Shown here piece after piece: positions 27,684-36,456 of a stretch of DNA of 64,000 nt. The notes under the pieces were generated by a model. That model did no database searches and was not told the DNA's origin. It saw only the letters and a list, made by a program, of their open reading frames with translations. The position numbers and the translations under genes were made by a program. The stretch lies in the NCBI GenBank assembly GCA_002441425.1, contig DJWB01000001.1, positions 224,602 to 288,601 on the forward strand, given 5' to 3'. Origin of the DNA: Patescibacteria group bacterium UBA6241 (GTDB lineage: Bacteria; Patescibacteriota; Minisyncoccia; Phycocordibacterales; Phycocordibacteraceae). Position 1 is the first letter of the stretch. Each line of letters opens with the position of its first letter.

Positions 27684-27962
27684 ATGGCACATACAAAAGC
27701 CGGGGGTTCAACAAAAAACGGGCGCGACTCAGGACCGAAGTATCTCGGAGTGAAGGTTGCTGATGGTCAGGCTGCACGCCCAGGCATGGTTATCGTTCGC
27801 CAACGCGGTACGAAGATTGAAGCTGGAAAGGGTGTGAAAGTTGGCCATGACCACACTCTTTACTCTGTAGTTACCGGAATTGTTTCATTCCGTAACCGAC
27901 GCAAGACCAACTTTGACGGACGAGTCGTCAGCAAGAAAGTTGTAGACGTTGTTGCTGCGTAA
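27684..27962 (+). CDS. rpmA: Ribosomal protein bL27
   Basis: N-terminal [16 protein letters not shown]. Confidence 0.9.
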   Translation: MAHTKAGGSTKNGRDSGPKYLGVKVADGQAARPGMVIVRQRGTKIEAGKGVKVGHDHTLYSVVTGIVSFRNRRKTNFDGRVVSKKVVDVVAA

Positions 27963-27982
27963 CAACCTCCCCTACCTAAAAC

Positions 27983-28014
27983 AAAAGACCCGCATAAAGC
28001 GGGTCTTTTGTTTT
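27983..28014. terminator. Bidirectional hairpin terminator between rpmA and rplI
   Basis: Sequence aaaagacccgc-ataa-agcgggtcttttgtttt. Confidence 0.6.
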
Positions 28015-28026
28015 ACTACGCGCTTC

Positions 28027-28452
28027 CTACTCAGCCTCAACAATAACTGAAATCTTTCCAAATACTTCTCCAACAGCAACAGGAACTTCAATTGTTCCGA
28101 GTTCTTTAACAGGCTTTTCAAGCTTGATTGCCTCAACGGGAAGGCTTGTAGCAGATGCAATCTCTGCAGCATCAACTGCGTCATACAGATGTCCCTTCTC
28201 GTTTGCCTTCTTGCGAATAACAATGCGCTCCTCAGCGAGTGCAGCAATGCGGTCCTGTACGAGCTTCACATCAAGCTCCTTACGATCCTTGTTCTGCTGT
28301 GCACGAAGCTCAGCCTGCTTTACGTTTGCTGGAGTTGCTGGCGCCGCCATGCCGCGAGGGATAAGGAAGTTAAGGGCGTGTCCGCTCGCACATTCAATAA
28401 TGGCTCCTGCACGCCCTGTGTTCTTCACGTCTTTGAGTAGTACGACTTTCAT
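28027..28452 (-). CDS. rplI: Ribosomal protein bL9
   Basis: N-terminal MKVVLLKDVKNTGRAG. Confidence 0.85.
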   Translation of the reverse strand: MKVVLLKDVKNTGRAGAIIECASGHALNFLIPRGMAAPATPANVKQAELRAQQNKDRKELDVKLVQDRIAALAEERIVIRKKANEKGHLYDAVDAAEIASATSLPVEAIKLEKPVKELGTIEVPVAVGEVFGKISVIVEAE

Positions 28453-28545
28453 ATAGGACTATCCTACAGAGAAAGGTCTCTGGGTGCAAATAAAAGCACC
28501 CTCCTTCCGAAGAAGTGAGGGCGCTAAAGTATTCCGTCGTTCTGA

Positions 28546-29145
28546 TTACGGGAGACGGCCGCCGGTGATGGTGACGACACGCGCACCAGCCCAGCGGCTG
28601 CCACGACCGTCCACCTTGACCAGGTCCACGTCCCAGAAGGGCGTGACATGGAGACAGTGGCCGATGAAGACCAGGCTGATGGCCCGGGCCCCGTTTTCAA
28701 TCAGCAGAAGGTTCGGCTGGCCGTTGTCGCGCAGGATGACGTCTGGCTGTTCAGCGTCGTGCAGCAGCAGACGCGCGAACAGATCGGGCATCTTGTCGGT
28801 GAGATGGGTCTCGCCGGCTTTCGTGCACGCGTGCTCCGCCTTGACGCACAGCTCCGGTCCTTGAAGCGGACCGTCGTCGCAGAGCGGCAGGGCTTTCACG
28901 TTCACCGGCATGGCCAGGAACGGCGAGCAGTTGTCCTCCTGGCTGTACCAGTGCAGAAGAGCCGGCGACAGACGCACTTGCGTCTGCAGGCTCCTCAAGG
29001 CCATGACCCCGTCACCTTCCTTGAAGGTCGGCGACGGCAGATGGGCCCGGTTGATCAGACGCTTTTCGGGCGCGTCAGCCACCAGAGCAAGAGCATTCAT
29101 TAGATTTTCCTCCAGGAATACACTGCGTACGATTAAGTTCGTCAC
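28546..29145 (-). CDS. Hypothetical protein (199 aa) on GC-rich cassette
   Basis: GC3-rich codons. SD GGAGGAAAATCTA precedes the ATG. The antisense ORFs are Arg/Gln-rich and were judged non-coding. No family recognised. Confidence 0.45.
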   Translation of the reverse strand: MTNLIVRSVFLEENLMNALALVADAPEKRLINRAHLPSPTFKEGDGVMALRSLQTQVRLSPALLHWYSQEDNCSPFLAMPVNVKALPLCDDGPLQGPELCVKAEHACTKAGETHLTDKMPDLFARLLLHDAEQPDVILRDNGQPNLLLIENGARAISLVFIGHCLHVTPFWDVDLVKVDGRGSRWAGARVVTITGGRLP

Positions 29146-29239
29146 AGCAGAAAAAAGCCAGAAGCTGCTTTCTGCTGTGACGAACTGAGGATATTTACGA
29201 AGAACAGCTCATAGCATTATACCATGCTATGAGCTGTTC
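29137..29239. promoter_or_regulatory. Two tandem perfect hairpins (17-bp and 16-bp stems); a near-consensus promoter for the minus-strand cassette gene is embedded in hairpin 1
   Basis: Hairpin 2 is 29137-29185; hairpin 1 is 29202-29239. On the minus strand, TTGGAC (29240-29245) + 18 nt + TATAAT (29216-29221) spans the loop and arm of hairpin 1. Confidence 0.5.
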
Positions 29240-29255
29240 GTCCAAACGTTGTGTA

Positions 29256-30521
29256 TTACTTCCCTGTCCTTAAGAATTCAACTGCACGAGCCTTCTGGGG
29301 ATCTTTTCCTGCAACGATGTCTTCCTTGGTTACCTCTATCTTAATGTCTGGAGTGAGTCCTCCTTCTGAAATAGATCGGCCTGAAGGGGTAAGCCAGCGA
29401 GCAACAGTCACCTTGAGCGCTCCTCCATTGATATCAACCAGTTCCTGCACTGATCCCTTTCCAAAGGATCGAGTTCCGATAAGTGTGGCAACACCAGCGT
29501 CTTGCAATGCTCCTGCAAGAATCTCGGAAGCAGAGGCTGATCCCTGATCCATGAGAATAACTACTTTTGTTCCCTCAGGTATTCCTCCCTTTCCACTGCT
29601 GCGGTGCACAATATTCTCTTGCTTTCCCTTGTAGTCTTCTGTTACCACAACTGAGCCGCGAGGAAGGAAGTGGCTTGCGATAGAGACCGCTGCTTCAAGA
29701 TAGCCTCCTGGGTCTCCGCGAAGATCAATAATGAGGTTCTTTGAACCAGACGCTTTGAATTCTGTAAGTGCCTTTGCAAATAGTTGTCCTGAGTTTGCAG
29801 TAAAGCTGTACAACGCAATGCTATAGACTCCCGTCTCACGATCATACGTGTTCTCAATGGTTGGAACTGCAATGGTGTCGCGTACTACACTAATCTCCAT
29901 AGTTTCTCCATCTCTGAGTACCGTAAAGATAACGGTAGTCCCCTTTTCTCCACGAATCTTCTTAACTGCTTCGTCAGTAGAAAGTCCTTCGGTTGAAGCC
30001 CCATCAATTGCAAGGATCCCGTCACCAGAGCGGATACCTGCACGCTCTGCTGGAGTTCCCTTAAGGGGCGCTATAACCGTGAGGAGTCCTTCTTTTACTC
30101 CAATCTCCATTCCTACTCCTTCAAAGTTTCCCTTTATGTCGTCTTGGAAAACCTTAGCCTCAGCCGGAGGAAGAAACACGGTATAGGGGTCCCCATAAGA
30201 CGCAGTAAGTCCCTGAATTGCGCCCCAAAGTTTTTCCTTTGCCGTTGGGTTACTTGAAGAAGCGTGTGTCTCAACGAATCTAGTATTAAGTGCATTCCAT
30301 GCCTTCCAGAAAGCACCGAGATCTACAGATTCATCTGGTGTTGCATCAAGACCATCTCCTAGCAATGGAACGTTTGAGAAAAAGCTATTCCCTCCTGCAG
30401 CACCCACAGAAACTCCTCCCGCAAAACCAATAGCGAGAACGAGTGCGAATGCAATTCCCATCTTTGCAAACTTTCCAAGTGGTCGTGCTTGGGATTCTTT
30501 TTCTTCAAGTTCCGGTGTCAT
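29256..30521 (-). CDS. ctpA: Carboxy-terminal processing peptidase (S41A, PDZ)
   Basis: PDZ block followed by LIIDLRGDPGGYLEAAVSIASHFL. Confidence 0.85.
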   Translation of the reverse strand: MTPELEEKESQARPLGKFAKMGIAFALVLAIGFAGGVSVGAAGGNSFFSNVPLLGDGLDATPDESVDLGAFWKAWNALNTRFVETHASSSNPTAKEKLWGAIQGLTASYGDPYTVFLPPAEAKVFQDDIKGNFEGVGMEIGVKEGLLTVIAPLKGTPAERAGIRSGDGILAIDGASTEGLSTDEAVKKIRGEKGTTVIFTVLRDGETMEISVVRDTIAVPTIENTYDRETGVYSIALYSFTANSGQLFAKALTEFKASGSKNLIIDLRGDPGGYLEAAVSIASHFLPRGSVVVTEDYKGKQENIVHRSSGKGGIPEGTKVVILMDQGSASASEILAGALQDAGVATLIGTRSFGKGSVQELVDINGGALKVTVARWLTPSGRSISEGGLTPDIKIEVTKEDIVAGKDPQKARAVEFLRTGK

Positions 30522-30568
30522 ACGAGTAGTGTAGCACGCACCTTTATGCCCACATATCGTATAGGAGG

Positions 30569-31513
30569 GTGTGTTTAGAACGGTATACTGAAAGCAAGAT
30601 GATAACGCGACACACTCGTGGAAAGACCACGTGGATTGATCTTGAGTACCCGACCTCTGAGGAACTTCTCACCGTAATGGGTGAGTTTCAGATTGATGAG
30701 CGAGTACGTGAGGAGATTCTGACTCCTACTCCCTATCCGTTTACCATTGCCTTCCCTGGCTACTGCTACTTGGTGCTTCACTTCCCAACCGCAGACGCAC
30801 AGAGCGGTGCAAAAGTACAAGAAGTTGATTTTATTGTAGGGAAAAACTTCATCATTACAGCAAGGTACGAAGTCATTCATCAAATTCACTCTCTTCACAA
30901 GATTATTGAAGCTGAGGAATTGCTTGGTAAGACACAGAAGCAATTCAAAATTGAAGAGCTCCTTTCGCGAATCATGGACCGCATGTATGTGGGAATCAGT
31001 GAAGAGATTGAGCAGGTGGGATACCGTCTTGATCGCATTGAGCGGGATATATTTTCTGGAAAAGAGCGTGAAGCAGTACGCACTATTTCAGACACTGCAC
31101 GAATCTTGCTTAGGTTTGAAACTGCGCTTACAAGACACGAGACTCCACTTGCTGACTTCCTCACATTCCTCGGAGCTCCTGCGTTCTTCGGCACGAAGTT
31201 TGATGAGTACGCAGCACACATAGAAGGAGGTCGTAATCATGCTGCAGCTATGGTGGCTGCATACCGCTCAACGGCAACAGAGCTACGTATTACAAATGAT
31301 TCCCTTCTCACCTCATCACAAGATCGGATCATTAGGAGGCTTATGGTGTTTTCATTTGTGAGCTATCCTCCCCCACTTCTGGCCGTTATCTTTGCTATGC
31401 GTACGGATCTCCCAATTGTCGGAGGTCAAAACGACTTCCTGTGGGTTATCGCCATTATGCTCGGCTCTTCCCTATTCTTGTTCCTCATAGCACGTTTCAA
31501 TCGCTGGCTATAA
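30569..31513 (+). CDS. CorA-like divalent cation transporter (divergent)
   Basis: Large cytoplasmic N-domain and two C-terminal TM helices with YPPPLLAVIFAMRTD (no canonical GMN). Confidence 0.5.
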   Translation: MCLERYTESKMITRHTRGKTTWIDLEYPTSEELLTVMGEFQIDERVREEILTPTPYPFTIAFPGYCYLVLHFPTADAQSGAKVQEVDFIVGKNFIITARYEVIHQIHSLHKIIEAEELLGKTQKQFKIEELLSRIMDRMYVGISEEIEQVGYRLDRIERDIFSGKEREAVRTISDTARILLRFETALTRHETPLADFLTFLGAPAFFGTKFDEYAAHIEGGRNHAAAMVAAYRSTATELRITNDSLLTSSQDRIIRRLMVFSFVSYPPPLLAVIFAMRTDLPIVGGQNDFLWVIAIMLGSSLFLFLIARFNRWL

Positions 31514-31534
31514 ATGCGGTAGTATAGAGACATT

Positions 31535-32998
31535 ATGTCTTGGTTTTCTCAGCTGTTTGCGCGTGCCCCAAAACCACTTACAAGCGACGCGCCGCTTTTT
31601 TTCACCAATACACTCACTGGGAAAAAGGATCTCTTTTCTCCCCAAACAGCGGGACAGGCGACCATGTATTCTTGTGGTCCTACCGTCTACAGCAAGGCTC
31701 AAATTGGAAATCTTCGCGCCTATATATTCTCTGATCTTATTGCACGAGTACTTTCTGAAAATGGATATCGTGTCCGTAGAGTTATAAACATTACAGATGT
31801 TGGACATCTGCAAGGAGACGGTGACGAAGGAGAGGACAAGATTGAAGCAGGAGCAAAGAAAGAGGGACTCAATGCTGAAGCAATTGCCACAAAATATACG
31901 AAACTCTTCGTTGACGATTTGTCTGATCTTAATGTAGATGTTGCACACATTCAGTTCCCTCGTGCTACAGAATATATAAAGGAACAGATTGCTATTATTA
32001 AACTCCTTGAAGAAAAGGGATTCACGTACCGCACCTCAGATGGAATTTATTTTGATACTGAAAAATACCCAAATTATGGTGCGCTAGATCATAGCGGACC
32101 TAAACTTAAAGAAGAAGCGTTCGCAGAGATTGGACGAAGAATAAAAACAAATAAGGATAAACAGCATCCCGCAGATTTTGCTCTTTGGAAGTTCTCTCCG
32201 CTAGGTGCGCGCAGACAGCAGGAGTGGAGTTCGCCTTGGGGTATCGGATTCCCTGGATGGCACATTGAATGTTCTGCAATGGCACGTGCACTCTTGGGAC
32301 AACCTATTGATATCCATACGGGCGGTATGGACCACATACCTGTGCATCACACCAATGAGATTGCGCAGTCTGAATGTGCATTCGGAAAACCTCTTGCACG
32401 CTTCTGGATACATGAAGCCTTCCTTACTCTCTCAGGAGAAAAGATTTCAAAGTCTTTGAATAACGATATATACCTCTCAGATATTATTGAGCGAGGATAC
32501 AGTCCGCTTGCATTACGATATTTTTTCTTGCAGGCACATTACCGCACTCCCCTCTCGTTCTCATGGGAAGCACTCGCTGCAGCGAATGAAGCATTAGAGC
32601 GACTGACAAAGCTTGCCCGCCGTATTAACGAAGAGGCAAAGTACAAGGCAACTCCTACAGACACGAGTCGCAGAGTTATTGCATTGTTGCGAGACGATCT
32701 TGCAACACCTGCAGCTCTTGGACTTCTATGGGAAGCGGTGCGTGACGAAGATATGGAGCGAACAGAACAGCTTGCCGTTATTCTTGCTGCAGATGCAGTG
32801 TTTGGACTTTCGCTGCTAGAACCAGCTCAGAAGATTGAAGTACCTGAAAATATTCAGAGACTCATAGAAAAGCGCGAAGAAGCACGGAAAAGTAGAGATT
32901 TTGCTACTGCAGACGCACTTCGTATCCACATAGCAAACAGTGGATATCATGTTGAAGACGGCCCTTCTGGCCCCATAGTCACCACCCGTCCTGGTTGA
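31535..32998 (+). CDS. cysS: Cysteinyl-tRNA synthetase
   Basis: Co-linear with E. coli CysRS (MYSCGPTVY, WHIECSAM, KISKSLNN). HIGH is replaced by QIGN. Confidence 0.9.
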   Translation: MSWFSQLFARAPKPLTSDAPLFFTNTLTGKKDLFSPQTAGQATMYSCGPTVYSKAQIGNLRAYIFSDLIARVLSENGYRVRRVINITDVGHLQGDGDEGEDKIEAGAKKEGLNAEAIATKYTKLFVDDLSDLNVDVAHIQFPRATEYIKEQIAIIKLLEEKGFTYRTSDGIYFDTEKYPNYGALDHSGPKLKEEAFAEIGRRIKTNKDKQHPADFALWKFSPLGARRQQEWSSPWGIGFPGWHIECSAMARALLGQPIDIHTGGMDHIPVHHTNEIAQSECAFGKPLARFWIHEAFLTLSGEKISKSLNNDIYLSDIIERGYSPLALRYFFLQAHYRTPLSFSWEALAAANEALERLTKLARRINEEAKYKATPTDTSRRVIALLRDDLATPAALGLLWEAVRDEDMERTEQLAVILAADAVFGLSLLEPAQKIEVPENIQRLIEKREEARKSRDFATADALRIHIANSGYHVEDGPSGPIVTTRPG

Positions 32999-33011
32999 TA
33001 GAATAGAGGGA

Positions 33012-34376
33012 ATGGCCACCTCAAGTGTGATGCGCGTCCCTCCCCAGAGTCTTGATTCTGAGCGTGCACTTTTAGGTGCTCTCCTTTTAAAGCCTGATGC
33101 ACTGCATGATATTGCAGACTTAGTTAAGCCTGATTCCTTTTACGCTGAGAAGCATCGTTTGATATTTGAATGCATGCGCGAACTTGCTGAGCGCGGCGAG
33201 CCTATTGATATTCTTTCTCTTGGAGAACGTCTTCAGTCAAAAGGGACTCTGGAGCGCTGTGGAGGACGTGCATACATCGCGGAACTTGCAGGAAGTGCGC
33301 CAACTCCGGGCAACTACAATCACTATGCAGATCTTGTGGTGCGTAAACATCTTATGCGCTCACTTATTGATGCTGCACATGACATAACTGAAGCCGCGTA
33401 CGACGAATCAACTGACACGGCTGTACTTTTAGACCAAGCAGAGAAATCAATCTACGCTATTGGAAATGCTTCTGCCGTACACAAGTTCGTTGCTATTGCA
33501 GACAAAGTAGATGATGCATGGGAGCGTATTGAACAACTTTCAAAGAGCAAAGATGCAATTCGTGGAGTTTCAACAGGCTTCCCAGACTTGGATGGACTCC
33601 TCTCAGGACTCCACAAATCTGATCTCATAATCCTTGCTGCTCGTCCTTCAATGGGAAAGACTTCCCTTGCGCTTGATATTGCACGCAATGCGGCAGTTCG
33701 TCATGACGTACCAGTAGGAATCTTCTCTCTTGAGATGAGTTCCGAGCAGCTTGTGGATCGTATGCTTTCTGCTGAATCATTTGTTAACTCTTGGAAGATG
33801 CGCACCGGTGCTATTCATGCGGAAGAGGATTTTGGAAAGATTAGAGACGCACTGGAGAGCTTGTCTAAGGCTCCTATCTATATTGACGACAAGCCAGCAC
33901 AGAACATTCTTTCTATGCGTGCTGTAGCGCGCAGACTTAAGCGCGAACGCGGTATTGGACTGATTGTAGTTGATTACTTGCAGCTCATGGCTCCAACCAA
34001 TACCAAAGCTTCAGACTCAATGGTGCAGCAGGTTACAGAGATCTCTCGCTCCCTAAAGTCTCTTGCTCGCGAGCTTGAGGTTCCTGTTATTGCACTCTCA
34101 CAGCTTTCTCGTGCAGTTGAGCAGCGCGGAGGAAAGCCTCGCCTTTCAGATCTTCGTGACTCAGGATCTATTGAGCAGGATGCGGATGTGGTTATGTTTA
34201 TCCATCGCGAGGACAAGCAGAACAAGGAGAGTGATAGACCAAACATTGCAGAGATTCTTGTTGAAAAGCATCGTAACGGTCCTACAGGAAAGATTGAGTT
34301 GTACTTTGATGAAAAGCGCACCAGCTTTATGCCTATGGATAAGTCAGGGTACGGGGACTTGGCTTCTGAGTTTTAA
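33012..34376 (+). CDS. dnaB: Replicative DNA helicase
   Basis: Walker A ARPSMGKTSLAL and DnaB C-terminal blocks. Confidence 0.9.
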   Translation: MATSSVMRVPPQSLDSERALLGALLLKPDALHDIADLVKPDSFYAEKHRLIFECMRELAERGEPIDILSLGERLQSKGTLERCGGRAYIAELAGSAPTPGNYNHYADLVVRKHLMRSLIDAAHDITEAAYDESTDTAVLLDQAEKSIYAIGNASAVHKFVAIADKVDDAWERIEQLSKSKDAIRGVSTGFPDLDGLLSGLHKSDLIILAARPSMGKTSLALDIARNAAVRHDVPVGIFSLEMSSEQLVDRMLSAESFVNSWKMRTGAIHAEEDFGKIRDALESLSKAPIYIDDKPAQNILSMRAVARRLKRERGIGLIVVDYLQLMAPTNTKASDSMVQQVTEISRSLKSLARELEVPVIALSQLSRAVEQRGGKPRLSDLRDSGSIEQDADVVMFIHREDKQNKESDRPNIAEILVEKHRNGPTGKIELYFDEKRTSFMPMDKSGYGDLASEF

Positions 34377-34378
34377 GT

Positions 34379-34984
34379 ATGAGAGATCGTATTGAAGACC
34401 TCGCTCATGCCTTTACGAGATTCCCTGGAATAGGACCTCGCCAGGCGAAGCGTTTTGTATACCATCTGCTTTCAGCCCCTCCCCAGGAGCGCGCACGTCT
34501 TGCAGACCTTGTCCTTAATCTTTCTAACGACATTCGCCAGTGCGGACTCTGCATGCGCTTTGCGCAGACTAATAGCGAGAACCTCTGTATGTATTGTGCG
34601 GACACACACAGAGATGATTCAGTCCTCATGATTGTAGAGAAGGACCAGGATGTTGCTGCAGTTGAAAGAGCAAACACCTATAAAGGCAGATACTTTGTGT
34701 TGGGCGGCGTACTCACCCTCTCAGGCAAAGGAACTATTCGCGAACGAGAGCTTGTACGCATTGTTGAGTTGCGTGCTGCCTCTGGACTCTCTGAAATTGT
34801 ACTTGCCCTCTCAGCAACGTCTGAGGGAGAGCATACTGCAGACCGTGTTCGCCAGATCCTGACACCGTTGCGTGGTCCTATGACTCTTACAGAGCTTGGA
34901 AGAGGCCTCTCAACAGGTGCTGAGCTTGAATACGCTGATTCCACTACCCTTTCCGAAGCGCTTCGCAATCGCAAGGAGACCTAA
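34379..34984 (+). CDS. recR: Recombination protein RecR
   Basis: HhH motif FPGIGPRQAKRF, zinc finger CGLC...CMYC, Toprim domain. Confidence 0.9.
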   Translation: MRDRIEDLAHAFTRFPGIGPRQAKRFVYHLLSAPPQERARLADLVLNLSNDIRQCGLCMRFAQTNSENLCMYCADTHRDDSVLMIVEKDQDVAAVERANTYKGRYFVLGGVLTLSGKGTIRERELVRIVELRAASGLSEIVLALSATSEGEHTADRVRQILTPLRGPMTLTELGRGLSTGAELEYADSTTLSEALRNRKET

Positions 34985-35016
34985 TCAAAAAAGACTCCCT
35001 CGGGAGTCTTTTTTGA

Positions 35017-35346
35017 TTACTTGATTGCGTCAATCTTTACTTTGACGTATGGCTGGCGGTGTCCGCGGCGCTTCAAGTAGTTGCTCTTTGCTTTGTACTT
35101 AACAACCTCTACTTTCTTTGCGCGTCCTACAGACTGAACAGTTCCAGTAACTGTCTTTCCTGAGACTGTTGGAGTTCCGAGAGTAAGTGTACCGTTGTCG
35201 GTCATAAGCACCTGATCAAAAGTAACCGTATCTCCCTTCTTCAGGTCCTGAGTAGCAGCACCCCGACCGAGTTTCTCAATCGTAACGGTTGCGCCGGGAG
35301 CAACCACATACTGCTTTCCACCGGTCTTTATAACTGCGAGTTCCAT
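35017..35346 (-). CDS. rplU: Ribosomal protein bL21
   Basis: N-terminal MELAVIKTGGKQYVV. Confidence 0.9.
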   Translation of the reverse strand: MELAVIKTGGKQYVVAPGATVTIEKLGRGAATQDLKKGDTVTFDQVLMTDNGTLTLGTPTVSGKTVTGTVQSVGRAKKVEVVKYKAKSNYLKRRGHRQPYVKVKIDAIK

Positions 35347-35394
35347 AGTAGGGCCATTCTAGCCTGTTTAAAGTAAAAAGCAAGGAGTAGGGCG

Positions 35395-36456
35395 CTAGTC
35401 CTCCTCGTCAGTTCCTGGCTTATCTAAAAGGTTTATTTCAATCTCAATCTTCTCCTTGGCTATACGGTACACATCCTTATCTATCTTCCCGAGCTCTTTC
35501 ATACCGCTGTTGTAGTGGGATACAGAGGTTCCCAGGGCCGTTCCAAGCTTCCTGTAGTACTCCTGATAGGCTCCTAGGTGCTTCCCGAGCTCTCCCACGC
35601 GCTTTTGTATCTCCTCTGCCTGCTTCTCAATCTGGAGGGCTTTTAGGCCCTGCATAACGGTCTGCAAATACGCGAGGAAAGAGGTTGGGGAGACGATAAT
35701 AACCTTGCTCTTTGAGGCTGCGCGCTGAATAAGATTCTCGTCCTCCCCTGCTCCTACCTGGTTCGTAAGGAGGTCGTAATAAATACCCTCAGAAGGGATG
35801 AACATAAACGCAAAGTCCATGGTTCCCTCTTCAGGCCTGATGTATTTTGCGGTCTCAGTGATTCTAAGCTTGAGATCATTCACGAATGCTTTTTCAAGCG
35901 TAATTCGCTCTGTTCCCTCTGCATGAATGTACCTGTTGTAGTTGTCCAAAGAGAACTTTGAATCAATAGGAACTATTTTGTCATTCACATACACAGCAGC
36001 GTCTACAATCTCTCCGTTACTGAACGGATGCTGCATACGATACATACCCGGAGGCAATACATTCTTGAGCACGGTCTCAAGGTAGTACTCTCCCAAGATT
36101 CCGCGCTGCTTTGGGTTCTTAAGAATATCTTGCAAGTTCTTAAGCTGTTCTGCAAACTTGCCAGTCTCTCTTCCAATTTCCTTAACACTCGTTATCTCCT
36201 CTGTTATCTCGCGAATAAGACGTGAGGATTCCCCGAGCTGGCTTCGCATGGTCTCATTCACCTGTTTAGATGATTCGTTCATGCGAGAGTCCAAAGAACG
36301 TTCCAGATTCTCTATCTGCTTCTGAAGCATAAGCAATCCTCCAGACTCCTGTGCGTGATCCTTTTGACTCTCCTTTCTGCGCAGAATAAGCCACAGACCG
36401 ACTCCCTGCAGGAAGACGAGTCCAAGAACTATGAGTGCGATTGAAAGCGTGTTCAT
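35395..36456 (-). CDS. rmuC: DNA recombination protein RmuC
   Basis: N-terminal TM segment, coiled coil, and a C-terminal RmuC nuclease-like block. Confidence 0.75.
   Translation of the reverse strand: MNTLSIALIVLGLVFLQGVGLWLILRRKESQKDHAQESGGLLMLQKQIENLERSLDSRMNESSKQVNETMRSQLGESSRLIREITEEITSVKEIGRETGKFAEQLKNLQDILKNPKQRGILGEYYLETVLKNVLPPGMYRMQHPFSNGEIVDAAVYVNDKIVPIDSKFSLDNYNRYIHAEGTERITLEKAFVNDLKLRITETAKYIRPEEGTMDFAFMFIPSEGIYYDLLTNQVGAGEDENLIQRAASKSKVIIVSPTSFLAYLQTVMQGLKALQIEKQAEEIQKRVGELGKHLGAYQEYYRKLGTALGTSVSHYNSGMKELGKIDKDVYRIAKEKIEIEINLLDKPGTDEED

Noticed and set aside
28484-29103. Plus-strand ORFs (126 aa and 151 aa) inside the GC-rich cassette
   Set aside because: They are Arg/Gln/Ser-rich, the typical antisense translation of a GC-rich gene. 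The minus-strand 199-aa ORF has the SD and the promoter.
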